Virus record (IMG/VR): IMGVR_UViG_3300025133_000024
Direction: 5' to 3' (one strand)
DNA length: 64,000 bases
Source of the DNA: a virus
In this document: positions 10,694 to 21,212 of the stretch, piece after piece
Position numbering within the stretch: the first letter of the stretch is position 1
Layout of the letters: each line of letters opens with the position of its first letter
Translations under genes and position numbers: made by a program
Notes under the pieces: model-generated
Told to the model about the DNA's origin: nothing
Database searches by the model: none
The model's input: only the letters and a program-made list of their open reading frames with translations

Positions 10694-12215
10694 CTCTAAA
10701 TTTCCATAATTTATTTTGAACCTGCCATGATTGATTGACATCATTATAATAAGCCAATTTAATTCCATAGGCATAATCAGGTTCTAACATTCCCATGTCA
10801 AAGTCAAAATAATTTCCTGAGACATCATAGGAAAATTTCGTGTGTAATAAAGAGCCTGTTCCAAACCCAACAACCTTTAAGTTATCACTTATTCTTGTGA
10901 TTTCATATGCTCCAGAGACAATGATGTTGTTTTCTGGCGTAGCATTGGCTTTATCGTAGATAGTTGGTGTCCAGTTTTTCTCTCTATTGTAGACTCTAAA
11001 TCTTGCTGTTTCTGTTGGTGAATACCTATCTTTTAAGTTAGTAATTGTTGAGTAATAAGTGTAATTTGGGTTAAACTGAGTTGTTGGTAATCGTTTTGGC
11101 TCAAATGAACCCGTATAATATTCCACACTACCTGAATGCCATATATCAAAAACTGTTAATAATGGACTTGAAGATGCTGTCACAGCAAATGAAGCTGTAT
11201 AAATTCCAGTAGAAACCCATCCACCTGTAATATTAGTGTCAAGGTCTGTTACAACACCACCACCAACAGAGTTTAACAGTTGTGAGCCTGTTGGTGTTGT
11301 TGAACCTGAATACAAACTAACATTTATTTTCCCTGTTCCTACTCCTGGGATGTCTCTCAATCTTCCTCTTGCATAATTGTAAAGATACAAAGTGTTGAGA
11401 TTGTCCTCAGCCGTCATCAAGGAGGAAGAAAAATACACATTTCCTCTATCATCTTGTTCAGATGAATTCCATCTTGCTTCTAAAATAGGTCTTTTGAAGT
11501 AATGTTCACTTCCTCTAGCAAAAAACTTTTTTGTATAATATGATTCCTGAGAACCTAAAACATTATGGAGAATAGAACCAGTATTGGAACCATTAGATGA
11601 AGAATAATATGCTTCATGACTAGCGGTCAAATGAATTCCTAAGCCAAAATTACTCCGGGTTTGAGTTAACCATTGTTCTGCTAAAACTGTAACATCAATT
11701 TCAATATCTTCGTAACCATTTTGTAAACTTTGTGTATAATAAGTTGAAGAAGTGAAATCATAATCACCTCCAACAGTTGTCCAAGTTGTGTTTTTTGCCG
11801 AATTTATCCAATTGGAGCCACTTCCATCTCTGGTTTCATCAAGATATGTTTCCATATCAAGACCGTTGCCTTCTTCCCAATCTTTTGTTATTGGAGTAAT
11901 ATTGTAAATTGCATTTCTGGGTAAAGTTTCTGCATGAGTGGCATTAAACATTTTCAGATAAAAACTTACACTTCCAGAAGCTGGAATTTTATCATTTGTT
12001 CTGTCTGTTATCATCTGAGATATAGGAAACTTTAATAAAATTCGGGATAGTTCTTGTGATAAACCTGCTGAGGATGAAGCTTGTGCGTATAGAGAAAATA
12101 CTTCAAGAATATCTGATAGGCCCATGTTTGAACCTGTGCCTCTGTTTATGAGGTTGGATTTATATGCATTTGTTATAGTGTTGTCTGAAGAGGCGACATA
12201 TCTTTTGATTGCCAT
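10683..12215 (-). CDS. Virion structural protein, DNRLRE/carbohydrate-binding-like N-terminal domain
   Basis: MAIKRYVASSDNTITNAY...ILEVF...SRILLKF...WEEGNG pattern; S/T/G-rich; located between gp6 and the giant wedge protein. Confidence 0.55.
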   Translation of the reverse strand: MAIKRYVASSDNTITNAYKSNLINRGTGSNMGLSDILEVFSLYAQASSSAGLSQELSRILLKFPISQMITDRTNDKIPASGSVSFYLKMFNATHAETLPRNAIYNITPITKDWEEGNGLDMETYLDETRDGSGSNWINSAKNTTWTTVGGDYDFTSSTYYTQSLQNGYEDIEIDVTVLAEQWLTQTRSNFGLGIHLTASHEAYYSSSNGSNTGSILHNVLGSQESYYTKKFFARGSEHYFKRPILEARWNSSEQDDRGNVYFSSSLMTAEDNLNTLYLYNYARGRLRDIPGVGTGKINVSLYSGSTTPTGSQLLNSVGGGVVTDLDTNITGGWVSTGIYTASFAVTASSSPLLTVFDIWHSGSVEYYTGSFEPKRLPTTQFNPNYTYYSTITNLKDRYSPTETARFRVYNREKNWTPTIYDKANATPENNIIVSGAYEITRISDNLKVVGFGTGSLLHTKFSYDVSGNYFDFDMGMLEPDYAYGIKLAYYNDVNQSWQVQNKLWKFRVEE

Positions 12216-12216
12216 T

Positions 12217-13935
12217 TTATATAAAATCTCTTAATTGTTCCAGGATTATTTGTTCTAGATTCTTCTTCTCGTAAATATGCCCAATGTGTTCATCTCCATA
12301 AAAATTAGATAAAGACAAAAACTTTCTTATTGCATAAATCATGTCTTTTGTTAACCTGTTAGGTTCTAATATATAAAACATGAAAGTTTCTGCAAAAGAC
12401 TCTTTTAAGTTGGTTCTCGCATATTCGCTCGGAAGTGCTCTATCAGGCTTAAATTTGTCATCGCCTGAGCCTCTTTGCATCTCTGGTGAAATGGGATATT
12501 CAATTCCTGATTTGAACATAAAGTCCCTCCAGAACCCTTGGGATGTAGGGCTTGAATTGAAATGTATCAAGTGACCAAATTCATGAACAAGGTCATTTAG
12601 GTTTGCATGCTTCGAAAATAACTCTATTCCATTTCTTTTTGACAAGCCACCTGATTTTTTTGAAACCCGGCCATGGTACATCCCCGCAACTTCTTTTCCG
12701 CTTTTTCTGAGAATTGTTCCGCCAGAAAATTGAATAAATTGAATCAAATTAAGTGAACGAGAGGACAGTTGTCTTTTTTCCATTAATCTATAAAAGCCCT
12801 CAACCACTCTAAGAAGTTTGTTTACTTCGGATTGAGATACCAAATGCAACACTAATTGTATTTGATGGTTTGTAGATGTTGTGTACTCGTACAGTTTCTT
12901 CTCCATCTCGGTTTCTTTTCGCGAAAAGGCCCTTTTTAATTCCAAATTGATTTCCTCCGGTAATTCAAAACTGTCAATAACGAAATTATCAGGCTCTTTA
13001 ACAAATTCAGATAAATCATTAACAAAAGTGTTTAATATTTCTCTGGAACTTTGTCGAATTTCACGAGGAGTAGAAAATCCTACGTCTTCAAACTTTAAAA
13101 AGGTTTTTTTATGATATTCATAAACCATATCAAGGGTCTCGTGAAATTCCTTTTTGTTATTTAAAATTATTTCCAAAACTTGTTTTTCACTTTCAAGCTC
13201 AAATTCAAACTGTCCTGAAAAATTCTGTACAATAAAACTAGAAATTTCTCGATAATCTTTACGTTCCAAAAGAGACTCTTCGCCACCTCCGCAAGGAAAA
13301 AAAACAGACTCCATCTCAGACATCAACTCTGAAATTTTTTTGGACTTTGGATTAATTCTCATTCCATCATTGAGAAACAAATAAATGTTCGCTTGAAATT
13401 CCTCTGGAGAGATTTTCTGGATATAATCTTCTAAAAATCTAAAAATTCTTGCATAAAGAATTTCAATTGGTTTATGCCAATCATGAAATTCTTGCATATT
13501 GTGAGCTTCTTCACTTCCCAGTTTTAGAACTTTTGGATTTCGAAGAGAAGGAAGGTAAGAAATGCCCTCAATAAAAAGAAAGGACTTTAACAACGCCATA
13601 ATAACATTGCTCCCCATCCTCAATGGCCGAAGTAAAACCTCGAAAGAACGTGTCCAGGAAGAGGTATACAGTTTTTCATCAATATAATTGTAATTGAATC
13701 CCTTTGAAATTCTTTCTTTTATGAAATCCTCTATTTCTGACAGCACACTTTCCATACCAGAATTCAAAATAGACCAACAAAATTCCTCTAAATTTGGATA
13801 GTCTAATTCTTGTTGAAAAGCAGGAGATGTGTACCAATCATAGTTTTTGATACTATTCTGATAAGGTCGAATAACATAATCTTCCAAAGCGTGGTACAAA
13901 TCATTAAAAAAATATTCGATATCAATATTGGTCAT
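12217..13935 (-). CDS. Protein with C-terminal zincin metallopeptidase domain (anthrax lethal factor/MtfA-like)
   Basis: LVHEFGHLIH followed by PSEYARTNLKESFAETF, the HExxH + Y-x6-E(x)FAE signature. Confidence 0.7.
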   Translation of the reverse strand: MTNIDIEYFFNDLYHALEDYVIRPYQNSIKNYDWYTSPAFQQELDYPNLEEFCWSILNSGMESVLSEIEDFIKERISKGFNYNYIDEKLYTSSWTRSFEVLLRPLRMGSNVIMALLKSFLFIEGISYLPSLRNPKVLKLGSEEAHNMQEFHDWHKPIEILYARIFRFLEDYIQKISPEEFQANIYLFLNDGMRINPKSKKISELMSEMESVFFPCGGGEESLLERKDYREISSFIVQNFSGQFEFELESEKQVLEIILNNKKEFHETLDMVYEYHKKTFLKFEDVGFSTPREIRQSSREILNTFVNDLSEFVKEPDNFVIDSFELPEEINLELKRAFSRKETEMEKKLYEYTTSTNHQIQLVLHLVSQSEVNKLLRVVEGFYRLMEKRQLSSRSLNLIQFIQFSGGTILRKSGKEVAGMYHGRVSKKSGGLSKRNGIELFSKHANLNDLVHEFGHLIHFNSSPTSQGFWRDFMFKSGIEYPISPEMQRGSGDDKFKPDRALPSEYARTNLKESFAETFMFYILEPNRLTKDMIYAIRKFLSLSNFYGDEHIGHIYEKKNLEQIILEQLRDFI

Positions 13936-13936
13936 A

Positions 13937-15739
13937 TTACTTTATAATCCCTTTAATATCTGAATCCGGGAACTTAATCTCGAACACAACATTTTTTGGA
14001 CAATTATAATAACGTTTGTCTGAAGATAGGAGCGAATCAAGGTCAACATACGACGTTGAATAAAATGTTCCATTCTTTACCCTTATATTGACATCAACGA
14101 CATCTAACAAACCATCGACTTCTCTCAACTCTTTATAAACATCTGTTATAAAGAATGGCTCTCCAATATTTTGTTTTCTTGTATATTTTTGTTCTAAAAT
14201 TGCATTTGCTTTTCTCAAAATGTCATATTTATTCGACCCCAATTCAGACAAAGCAACGAATTCAATCTCCAAATTAACGATTTTTGCATTTAAAATGTCA
14301 ATCGTGTCATTAATCATCTTATATTGACCAATCCAAGTCTTTAAATTTTCCTTGATAACGTTATTTGTCGTTATTAAATTTCCTTCCGAATCCTCAGATA
14401 ACACATATAAATTCAAGTTTCTTTTTTTGTTGTTCGGGTCTGTAATGACGTTTGCTCTTTTAATCCCGCCAAACTTCCCAGGCATTGCATAACACAAAGT
14501 CACATAATCTTCTTTTGTGACTCCTCTCTTTTGAGCAGAATAAAATCCATAAATTCTTTGTCTTATCTCTTCTTCATCAACTTCTATCACATCACCCACA
14601 ATTGGACTTTCATTCTCTGTTTCCAGAGAATTTATTACATCCAAAATCACAGACTCATCTAAATCTTCTCTATTTTCAAACTCAACTAAAGGTGATGACA
14701 CTCTTGTAACTGTTTTTACTGCTGCATTTGTTGATGAATCTGTGCTAGCTCTATATGTGATATATAATGTAGTGTTAACCGGAACAATACCCATATCACC
14801 TGTTGAAACAAGATTTGTCGGGTCAAAAGTTAAATCACTAATATACTCCTTTCCATGTTTCTGAAGGAATACTTTATTTGGTTCTAAAAACCTATCCTCA
14901 GAATTCAATCCTGTCTTTCCAGAGCCAAATTGAAGGGAAATTGCATCTCCATTAAAGTCAGACACAAATCTCCTTGGCACAGTTAAAGGAATCAACAAAG
15001 AATTCGGTTCATCATTTGATTTTGTTCTATTCGGAATAGATTTATACACAATTTGTTGTGTTAAAGACTCCACTTCATAGTATTCGTTACCATTTCCATC
15101 AAATACAGAAACAATATCAACAAATTCATCATCTTCAAACTCTACCTTCAGAAATCTCTCATAAGAGCCAACACTAATCTGTTTTAATCTCAATTCTCCA
15201 GAAATAACCTGTCCTTTAGCTTTTACAGCAAAAGAAGTTGGGTTTCCTGTTGTTGAATCAATCTCCGCAACAACAACTTTCCCATCATTTTGAAAGTGAA
15301 TGTCTTCAGTTAAAGAATAAATTCCACCTGTGTTTGAAGAAATCTCTGTTCCTTGTTTCAAAACAGGAAAGTAATCAGGATTAGGACCATCACCGATTGT
15401 TTTTGCTGGAATTATTGCATAAAAAGATTGCTCACCAAAGCCTGAGGAGGAATTTCTATATTTATACCCATGCATTTTACCAATGTTTATAATATTCTCT
15501 AATTCTGTCGCAGTATCCAAACTACCCTCATTTGCTTGGTAATCCAAATAAAATGACAGGTTATCTCCGATATAAGAAACTGTATCCATCATCAAAGACA
15601 AAAAACTATTCTCTGAATAGTCTTCGTTAATGTCTGAATAGTAGTTTTTAGCGTAATTTTCTAAATCTTCTCTTAATGAAGAAATATCTCTATTGGTATA
15701 ATCGATTGAAACTGTTCTCAGTTTATTATCTCTTGGCAT
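13937..15739 (-). CDS. Baseplate wedge subunit (T4 gp6/baseplate J-like)
   Basis: IDYTNRDISSLREDL...SLMMDTVSYIGDNLSFYLDYQANE...LDTA...GYK N-terminus and QKRGVTKEDY motif; adjacent to gp25. Confidence 0.9.
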   Translation of the reverse strand: MPRDNKLRTVSIDYTNRDISSLREDLENYAKNYYSDINEDYSENSFLSLMMDTVSYIGDNLSFYLDYQANEGSLDTATELENIINIGKMHGYKYRNSSSGFGEQSFYAIIPAKTIGDGPNPDYFPVLKQGTEISSNTGGIYSLTEDIHFQNDGKVVVAEIDSTTGNPTSFAVKAKGQVISGELRLKQISVGSYERFLKVEFEDDEFVDIVSVFDGNGNEYYEVESLTQQIVYKSIPNRTKSNDEPNSLLIPLTVPRRFVSDFNGDAISLQFGSGKTGLNSEDRFLEPNKVFLQKHGKEYISDLTFDPTNLVSTGDMGIVPVNTTLYITYRASTDSSTNAAVKTVTRVSSPLVEFENREDLDESVILDVINSLETENESPIVGDVIEVDEEEIRQRIYGFYSAQKRGVTKEDYVTLCYAMPGKFGGIKRANVITDPNNKKRNLNLYVLSEDSEGNLITTNNVIKENLKTWIGQYKMINDTIDILNAKIVNLEIEFVALSELGSNKYDILRKANAILEQKYTRKQNIGEPFFITDVYKELREVDGLLDVVDVNIRVKNGTFYSTSYVDLDSLLSSDKRYYNCPKNVVFEIKFPDSDIKGIIK

Positions 15740-16137
15740 TATGAGTAATTTCCTAATATTAACCCAACATTCAAAGAATCACTCTCTTGTATGGGCTTGA
15801 TAAAATATATAAGCTCTAATTCTAATTGATGTGGAGAATCAACACTGTCATAATTGAAATCTACATGAGCAATTTCAATATATGGCATATATAAACCAAC
15901 TTGTTCACCAATTCTTGCAACAATCTCAGAATGCAAGACGTCTGATGAACCAGCATTCTCAAATAAAAACCCTTCAATGCCAACTCCGTAATCAGGAATC
16001 AATAACCTCTCCCCAGGATTTGTTAAAACTAACATTTTTAGATTTTGCCTAACAACTTCTTTGATATTCTTGTTTAATCTGTATAAACCATCTCGCTCAT
16101 CCTGAACTAATGGCAATTTAATTGATAATCCTGACAT
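15739..16137 (-). CDS. Baseplate protein gp25/GPW-like
   Basis: VRQNLKMLVLTNPGERLLIPDYGVGI signature. Confidence 0.92.
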   Translation of the reverse strand: MSGLSIKLPLVQDERDGLYRLNKNIKEVVRQNLKMLVLTNPGERLLIPDYGVGIEGFLFENAGSSDVLHSEIVARIGEQVGLYMPYIEIAHVDFNYDSVDSPHQLELELIYFIKPIQESDSLNVGLILGNYS

Positions 16138-16138
16138 A

Positions 16139-19100
16139 TTATAATTCCAATGGCACCTTTAACGACCCCAAGCAGACATTCTGAAGGGTTTTTGAGAATT
16201 CTCTGGCTGCTGACATAGACACACCTGTTTCAAACTCTATTTTTTGTTCTAAAATTGAATTATTTTTAATTTTTTCCAAAAGGTCTTTTCCGACAATGTT
16301 TTCAAATGCGAGATATGCGAATCCAAGTGGAGAAGGAATGAGACCTGTTACAGTCAAGAAAATAGAGGGAACCTGAATTGATAAATCTGGAACCTTTTCA
16401 AATTCTTTGGCAAGGTCAATCACCCACTGGGAGGATATTAACTTATCTTTTTCTTCTTGCAGGGTTTCTAGACCTTTTGCAATGTTTTTTATGATTTGTA
16501 ATAAGGGTTTTGCTTCATTTAAAATTTTCTTCTTATAACTATTTGCCACATCTACAATTTTTTTCGATAATGATATGTTTGGGTCAAAAGTTTCCACCAA
16601 ACCCTTCAACATTATATAAGGAGTTGAATTTCTTATATAATCAATATCAAAAAACCTAGAATTCTCAGAATCTAAATTCAAATTGTTACCAGAAGCTAAA
16701 ATTCCCACATCATCATTAAACGCAACCCTTTTATTATCCTTAAATTTCACGTTATCAATGTTTTCAATATTTTCTAACAACGAAAAGATGTTGTTTTTAA
16801 CATTATTGAACATTGAATCGATTGAAGTCGTGCTTCTATTATACAAAACCATATATAAAACAAACATGGATGATAATTTTGATATTGGAAAGAGGTTATC
16901 AAAGATTAATTTATAGTCATTTTGTCCTTCAAGGCTCTTTACAAGCCTTTCCTTGAGACATTCTTCAAAAAACCTATCAAAAAGCACCCTTTCCTTCGTT
17001 TTCTTCTTTGTCTCTGCGCTCTGTTCTGGTTCACAATCATCTTTCCCTTTTTTGTTGTCTGAGAATAGGGATGAAATCTCTGTAATGTTGGATAAAGACT
17101 TGTTGATTATAGACTCTTCTTCATACAAGATTGGAATAATAACAGATTCGCCCGTTTTTTTATTGGAATAATACTTTGTTGGAGGTAATAATGGAGATGA
17201 TACAAATCCGTTCCTAAATCTTTGTATTGACTTCCTTGTGCTGGCTTGCGTATAGAGAAAATCGTCAATAAATTCTACAATATCACTATTTGTATAAAGT
17301 TTATTGGTCTTTACAGAATATAACTTAAACAATTTGCTATATTCTTCGAAAGAATAGTTTTTTCTCCCATTGATGATGACATTAATCTTATTATTTGTTT
17401 TATTTTCGCTTGTTAACAAGGTTAAGTCCCATTTATTGGTCCTTAACATCTTGTTTATCTTTTGTGTATCTTTCTCTGTCTTTGTTTTCCAAAAAAGTTG
17501 GATTGTTACCTTTTCTATAAGCCCCGCCTTTCTTACTCCTCGAACAGTTTGCTGCACAAGAAAATGGTTTGGTGTTTCGCTATCCCCAGGCTCAAAGTAA
17601 TCTTTCGTTTCATAGTTCAATTTTGAACTTCTTTTTGTGATAATCTTCCTGAGGAGGTCTTTTTCTTTTTGTGTTGGTCGATATAATAACCGAACACCAA
17701 CTTTCAGGTCATCGAAGTAATCTATGAAGTTATTTTTATCTTTTTTCTTTATAAAATTAAGATATTCGTTAAATGATTCAATATTAACAAACCCATTTAA
17801 TACCTTTTTGTTTTGTGGAGGGATGAATTCCTTTTTATAAGAAGGTTTCACATATGTTTCAAAGAAAAACCCGTTTTCTTCTGTGTTATATTTGTTTATT
17901 AATTTATTAACGTCTTCAATATTAACAAAACGTCTAGAAATGAAATCTTTTTGTTTGGAAGATAAGTTTCTGTTTTCAAACTCAACAAAACGCCCTCCTT
18001 TATTCCTATAATCCAAGTCTGATTCAGGAAGAGCTACAAAAGGAAAGAGTTTATCCTGAAATGACTTGATAGAAAAGTTATTAGATTGAATAACGTCTGG
18101 CTTGTATAATAATTGTCTTAATCGATTAGAGACCAAAACTAATTGCTCTGAAACTAGGGATTGTAGAGCTTTTTTACAGTCTATATTTGATTCATTTGAT
18201 TTAATCTTGTTGAGGTAAAGAGAGCCAACAATTTCATAGAATTGTTCTAGAAACTTATCATCTCTTCTTTTTTCTTGTTCTAAAATTATCTCTTTTTCAA
18301 TCTTAGAGCATATAAACAATGACAAGAAGTTTTCAATATCACTTGCATCAAGATGAATTTTGGAAAAAAAGAAGATGGATGATAAAACAAACTCTACCAC
18401 ATACAATCTTATCAAGATTTGCACAACCGAACTTGATAAAACCAAATTTAATTGCTTATCAGAGTCCTTCTCTTCAAAACAAACAGCAATGTTGGTATAA
18501 TCGTCCAGTGCTTTTCTCTTAACTTCCGATAATCTCATCAAATCAACATCAATGTTGCAATCTAGCCCCCCAGATTTAATTTTTGGAGAGAAATTAATAA
18601 ATTCTAATAGATTTACCTCTGATAGACCTCTATCTTTATCCAAATCCTTAATAGAAAAATCTCTTGTTTGTTCAGTCGTTGTCTCAATAGTGTTGAACAA
18701 AGGAGATAAAGAAACAAATTCCCCGATTCTCTTGATAAAACTTATGTGAATGTTATCATATCCATTGTTTTTATAAAATGAATGGATTTGTTGTTCTTCC
18801 TGAGGGGAGATGTCGTTAAACTTCTTCTTTAAAGAGTCAATAATCATATTTGACCACACAGAAGCATAAAATTTCTTGTTGGATGACTTTATCTTTTGAT
18901 TCTTAAAAATCTCATTGTTTTTATCTGTCCACTTTTCACTTTCTTCTGTGGAAAACCTCTTTTCTTTTACAAAACCAGTTTCAAATTGAGGTTTTATCTT
19001 GTTTTTAATGGGTTTCGTGCTGTTATATTCATTTTGAACTACTGCCACATCTATTTCTTTTGGGGGTGAGACAATGACCTTATTTGTGTTGCAATCCTTT

Positions 19101-21211
19101 TCAGTTTTTACTGAGGGGGATAGTATTTTTTGTTTGGCAATGTACAGAATGTTAAAATCTTCTTTGATATTGCCATCAACATCAATTGAAGAGTCGAAAG
19201 AAAACTTTAAATCATTAGATTCTTGCTTTGGGAAGCTTCTTTCGAAGAGTTTCCCTTTAAAAACTTCTGCTATCTTCTTATGTAAGTCACTTGGGAAAGA
19301 AAAATCAATGATTCCTGTATTAACAGAACAGAATTCTTTTGTATTTTCCCTTTTTATTCTTTCTAGTAGGTCAGGTTGGACCTTTTTTCTTTTATTTGTT
19401 TCCCCAAAAGAGCTTTCTTGGAGGTTTTTCAAGCCTTTCATGTCTAGAAAATCATTAATTTTCTTATCACCATCTAACGAACCTTCGATTATGTCTTTTA
19501 ATCTCTTATTATCTTCGTTTAATGATGAAAATGTCTTATTATATTGCTTGTTATATTCATCTTGATACAAATCTACAACTTTTTCTGTTAAATTTAGTAG
19601 AGTTTCATCTTCCTCAGTGTTAATTTCAACTTCTTTTAACAAACGAGAGACATATGATAAGAGAGCATGGTCATATGACATTCCAATTGAATCCAACAAG
19701 CCATCTAAAATTGTTTCTGTTGTTAAAGACAAACCCTTCTTGATACTTTTTAATAAAATATCATCTTCAGATATACGGCAAAGGTTATTTATGTTGAAAT
19801 CTTTTACTTCTGTTTCTTCTAAAATGTTAAAAAGATTCTGTAAATCATTTAAATGTTTTGATTTAATTTTTTCTAAAAGGGCTTCTACTTGGTTTTTATC
19901 AAAACCAACACCCCCTAATAAACATTTCTTCAGGCTATCCCTGTCATTATCAAAACAAGGCCCAAAATTTCCACCAGAGTCAATAATGTCTTCACATATC
20001 TCTAAATCCACAGCTTCAGACAACAAAACAAAGAAGTCAATCATTGATTCTCGGTCGTTTAATAGATTCTTTAAGTCAGGATAAAAAGTGTTTACAAGCT
20101 CGCTAACAATAATAAACACATCAGATGGCAATTTCCCTTTTAACAACCCACAAAATTCTGCTGAGGATAGGGTTGTTGCCATTTTGTCAACCAAAGATGA
20201 TAAATCACTTGCATTATCTCCAAATCTATTAACCAATAACTCTTGTGTTTTATTTGGTCTCTTTATTAACAACGGAGAGTCTACAATACAAGTTTCATGA
20301 ATAATTTGTTGCAATAATGAACTTAAAAATCTAATAGAAAAAGTTACCACTGTACTTTTGATGTTCTTTTCCAGATTTTCTTGAATAAAAGATAAGAAAT
20401 CAACTGTTGGAATGTTATCAAGTAACTTAAATGTTGGAACTTTTGGCAATTGATTCTTATATTTAAGAAATTTTTCTTCAAATACAGTTCCAATGTTAAG
20501 AATTTTTTTAAATGAATCAAAATTCAAAGATAACAACTCACATAAAGAATCAACACTTGCTATTTCATCAATCTTAGATAAAAGGTCATCAACTTCTTTT
20601 GCAGAATTTGCAACTTCTTCTGTTTGATTCAATAATAATTCACCAATTTGTAGAATAAAAGATTCAATATCACGGAATAAAGAAATAAATTCTTTAACCT
20701 TATCGAGATCAGAATTTTTTAACATATTTCTCAAAATGTTTTTGCAAAGTTCTTTCTGTACTTGAAAAAATGGTAGTTTTTTATTAAGACATTCAATAGA
20801 AACTGCAATAAGAGATTTTAAATCATATTTGTTTAAAATTTTATTGTAGACTTTTTCGATTTTATTAAGTTCTTTTTCAATATCCTTGAATGTAACTGAT
20901 AAATCTTCTTGCTTTCTGTATCTCTGTTTATCAAGTTTCTTAGACAGTTCTTCAAGAATCTCAGAATCTTCTAATAATTGTTCCTCAAGAGCAATTAAAT
21001 GTTCTTCTTCTTTTATTGTATCTGAGGAGTATTCTTTTAAAAATCCTTCTGTAACTTTATTCAACATTGATTTGTATCTCTGTTTATCAAGTTTCTTAGA
21101 CAGTTCTTCAAGAATTTTTTGAGCTTCTTCTTGAACTTCTTCTTGAACTTCTTCTTTTATTGTATCTGAGGAGTATTCTTTTAAAAATTTTTCTGTAACT
21201 TTATTCAACAT
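16139..21211 (-). CDS. Large helical, probably virion-associated protein of unknown function
   Basis: 1690-aa ORF between the spike gene and gp25; K/E/L-rich; duplicated N-terminus; no recognisable catalytic motif. Confidence 0.6.
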   Translation of the reverse strand: MLNKVTEKFLKEYSSDTIKEEVQEEVQEEAQKILEELSKKLDKQRYKSMLNKVTEGFLKEYSSDTIKEEEHLIALEEQLLEDSEILEELSKKLDKQRYRKQEDLSVTFKDIEKELNKIEKVYNKILNKYDLKSLIAVSIECLNKKLPFFQVQKELCKNILRNMLKNSDLDKVKEFISLFRDIESFILQIGELLLNQTEEVANSAKEVDDLLSKIDEIASVDSLCELLSLNFDSFKKILNIGTVFEEKFLKYKNQLPKVPTFKLLDNIPTVDFLSFIQENLEKNIKSTVVTFSIRFLSSLLQQIIHETCIVDSPLLIKRPNKTQELLVNRFGDNASDLSSLVDKMATTLSSAEFCGLLKGKLPSDVFIIVSELVNTFYPDLKNLLNDRESMIDFFVLLSEAVDLEICEDIIDSGGNFGPCFDNDRDSLKKCLLGGVGFDKNQVEALLEKIKSKHLNDLQNLFNILEETEVKDFNINNLCRISEDDILLKSIKKGLSLTTETILDGLLDSIGMSYDHALLSYVSRLLKEVEINTEEDETLLNLTEKVVDLYQDEYNKQYNKTFSSLNEDNKRLKDIIEGSLDGDKKINDFLDMKGLKNLQESSFGETNKRKKVQPDLLERIKRENTKEFCSVNTGIIDFSFPSDLHKKIAEVFKGKLFERSFPKQESNDLKFSFDSSIDVDGNIKEDFNILYIAKQKILSPSVKTEKDCNTNKVIVSPPKEIDVAVVQNEYNSTKPIKNKIKPQFETGFVKEKRFSTEESEKWTDKNNEIFKNQKIKSSNKKFYASVWSNMIIDSLKKKFNDISPQEEQQIHSFYKNNGYDNIHISFIKRIGEFVSLSPLFNTIETTTEQTRDFSIKDLDKDRGLSEVNLLEFINFSPKIKSGGLDCNIDVDLMRLSEVKRKALDDYTNIAVCFEEKDSDKQLNLVLSSSVVQILIRLYVVEFVLSSIFFFSKIHLDASDIENFLSLFICSKIEKEIILEQEKRRDDKFLEQFYEIVGSLYLNKIKSNESNIDCKKALQSLVSEQLVLVSNRLRQLLYKPDVIQSNNFSIKSFQDKLFPFVALPESDLDYRNKGGRFVEFENRNLSSKQKDFISRRFVNIEDVNKLINKYNTEENGFFFETYVKPSYKKEFIPPQNKKVLNGFVNIESFNEYLNFIKKKDKNNFIDYFDDLKVGVRLLYRPTQKEKDLLRKIITKRSSKLNYETKDYFEPGDSETPNHFLVQQTVRGVRKAGLIEKVTIQLFWKTKTEKDTQKINKMLRTNKWDLTLLTSENKTNNKINVIINGRKNYSFEEYSKLFKLYSVKTNKLYTNSDIVEFIDDFLYTQASTRKSIQRFRNGFVSSPLLPPTKYYSNKKTGESVIIPILYEEESIINKSLSNITEISSLFSDNKKGKDDCEPEQSAETKKKTKERVLFDRFFEECLKERLVKSLEGQNDYKLIFDNLFPISKLSSMFVLYMVLYNRSTTSIDSMFNNVKNNIFSLLENIENIDNVKFKDNKRVAFNDDVGILASGNNLNLDSENSRFFDIDYIRNSTPYIMLKGLVETFDPNISLSKKIVDVANSYKKKILNEAKPLLQIIKNIAKGLETLQEEKDKLISSQWVIDLAKEFEKVPDLSIQVPSIFLTVTGLIPSPLGFAYLAFENIVGKDLLEKIKNNSILEQKIEFETGVSMSAAREFSKTLQNVCLGSLKVPLEL

Positions 21212-21212
21212 T
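20917..21212. repeat. Imperfect tandem duplication (~150 bp unit) of the 5' end of the 1690-aa gene
   Basis: 43-bp exact match 20917-20959 / 21073-21115 and 64-bp match with 2 mismatches 21005-21068 / 21149-21212; translates as two MLNKVTE.FLKEYSSDTIKEE...ILEELSKKLDKQRY copies. Confidence 0.95.
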
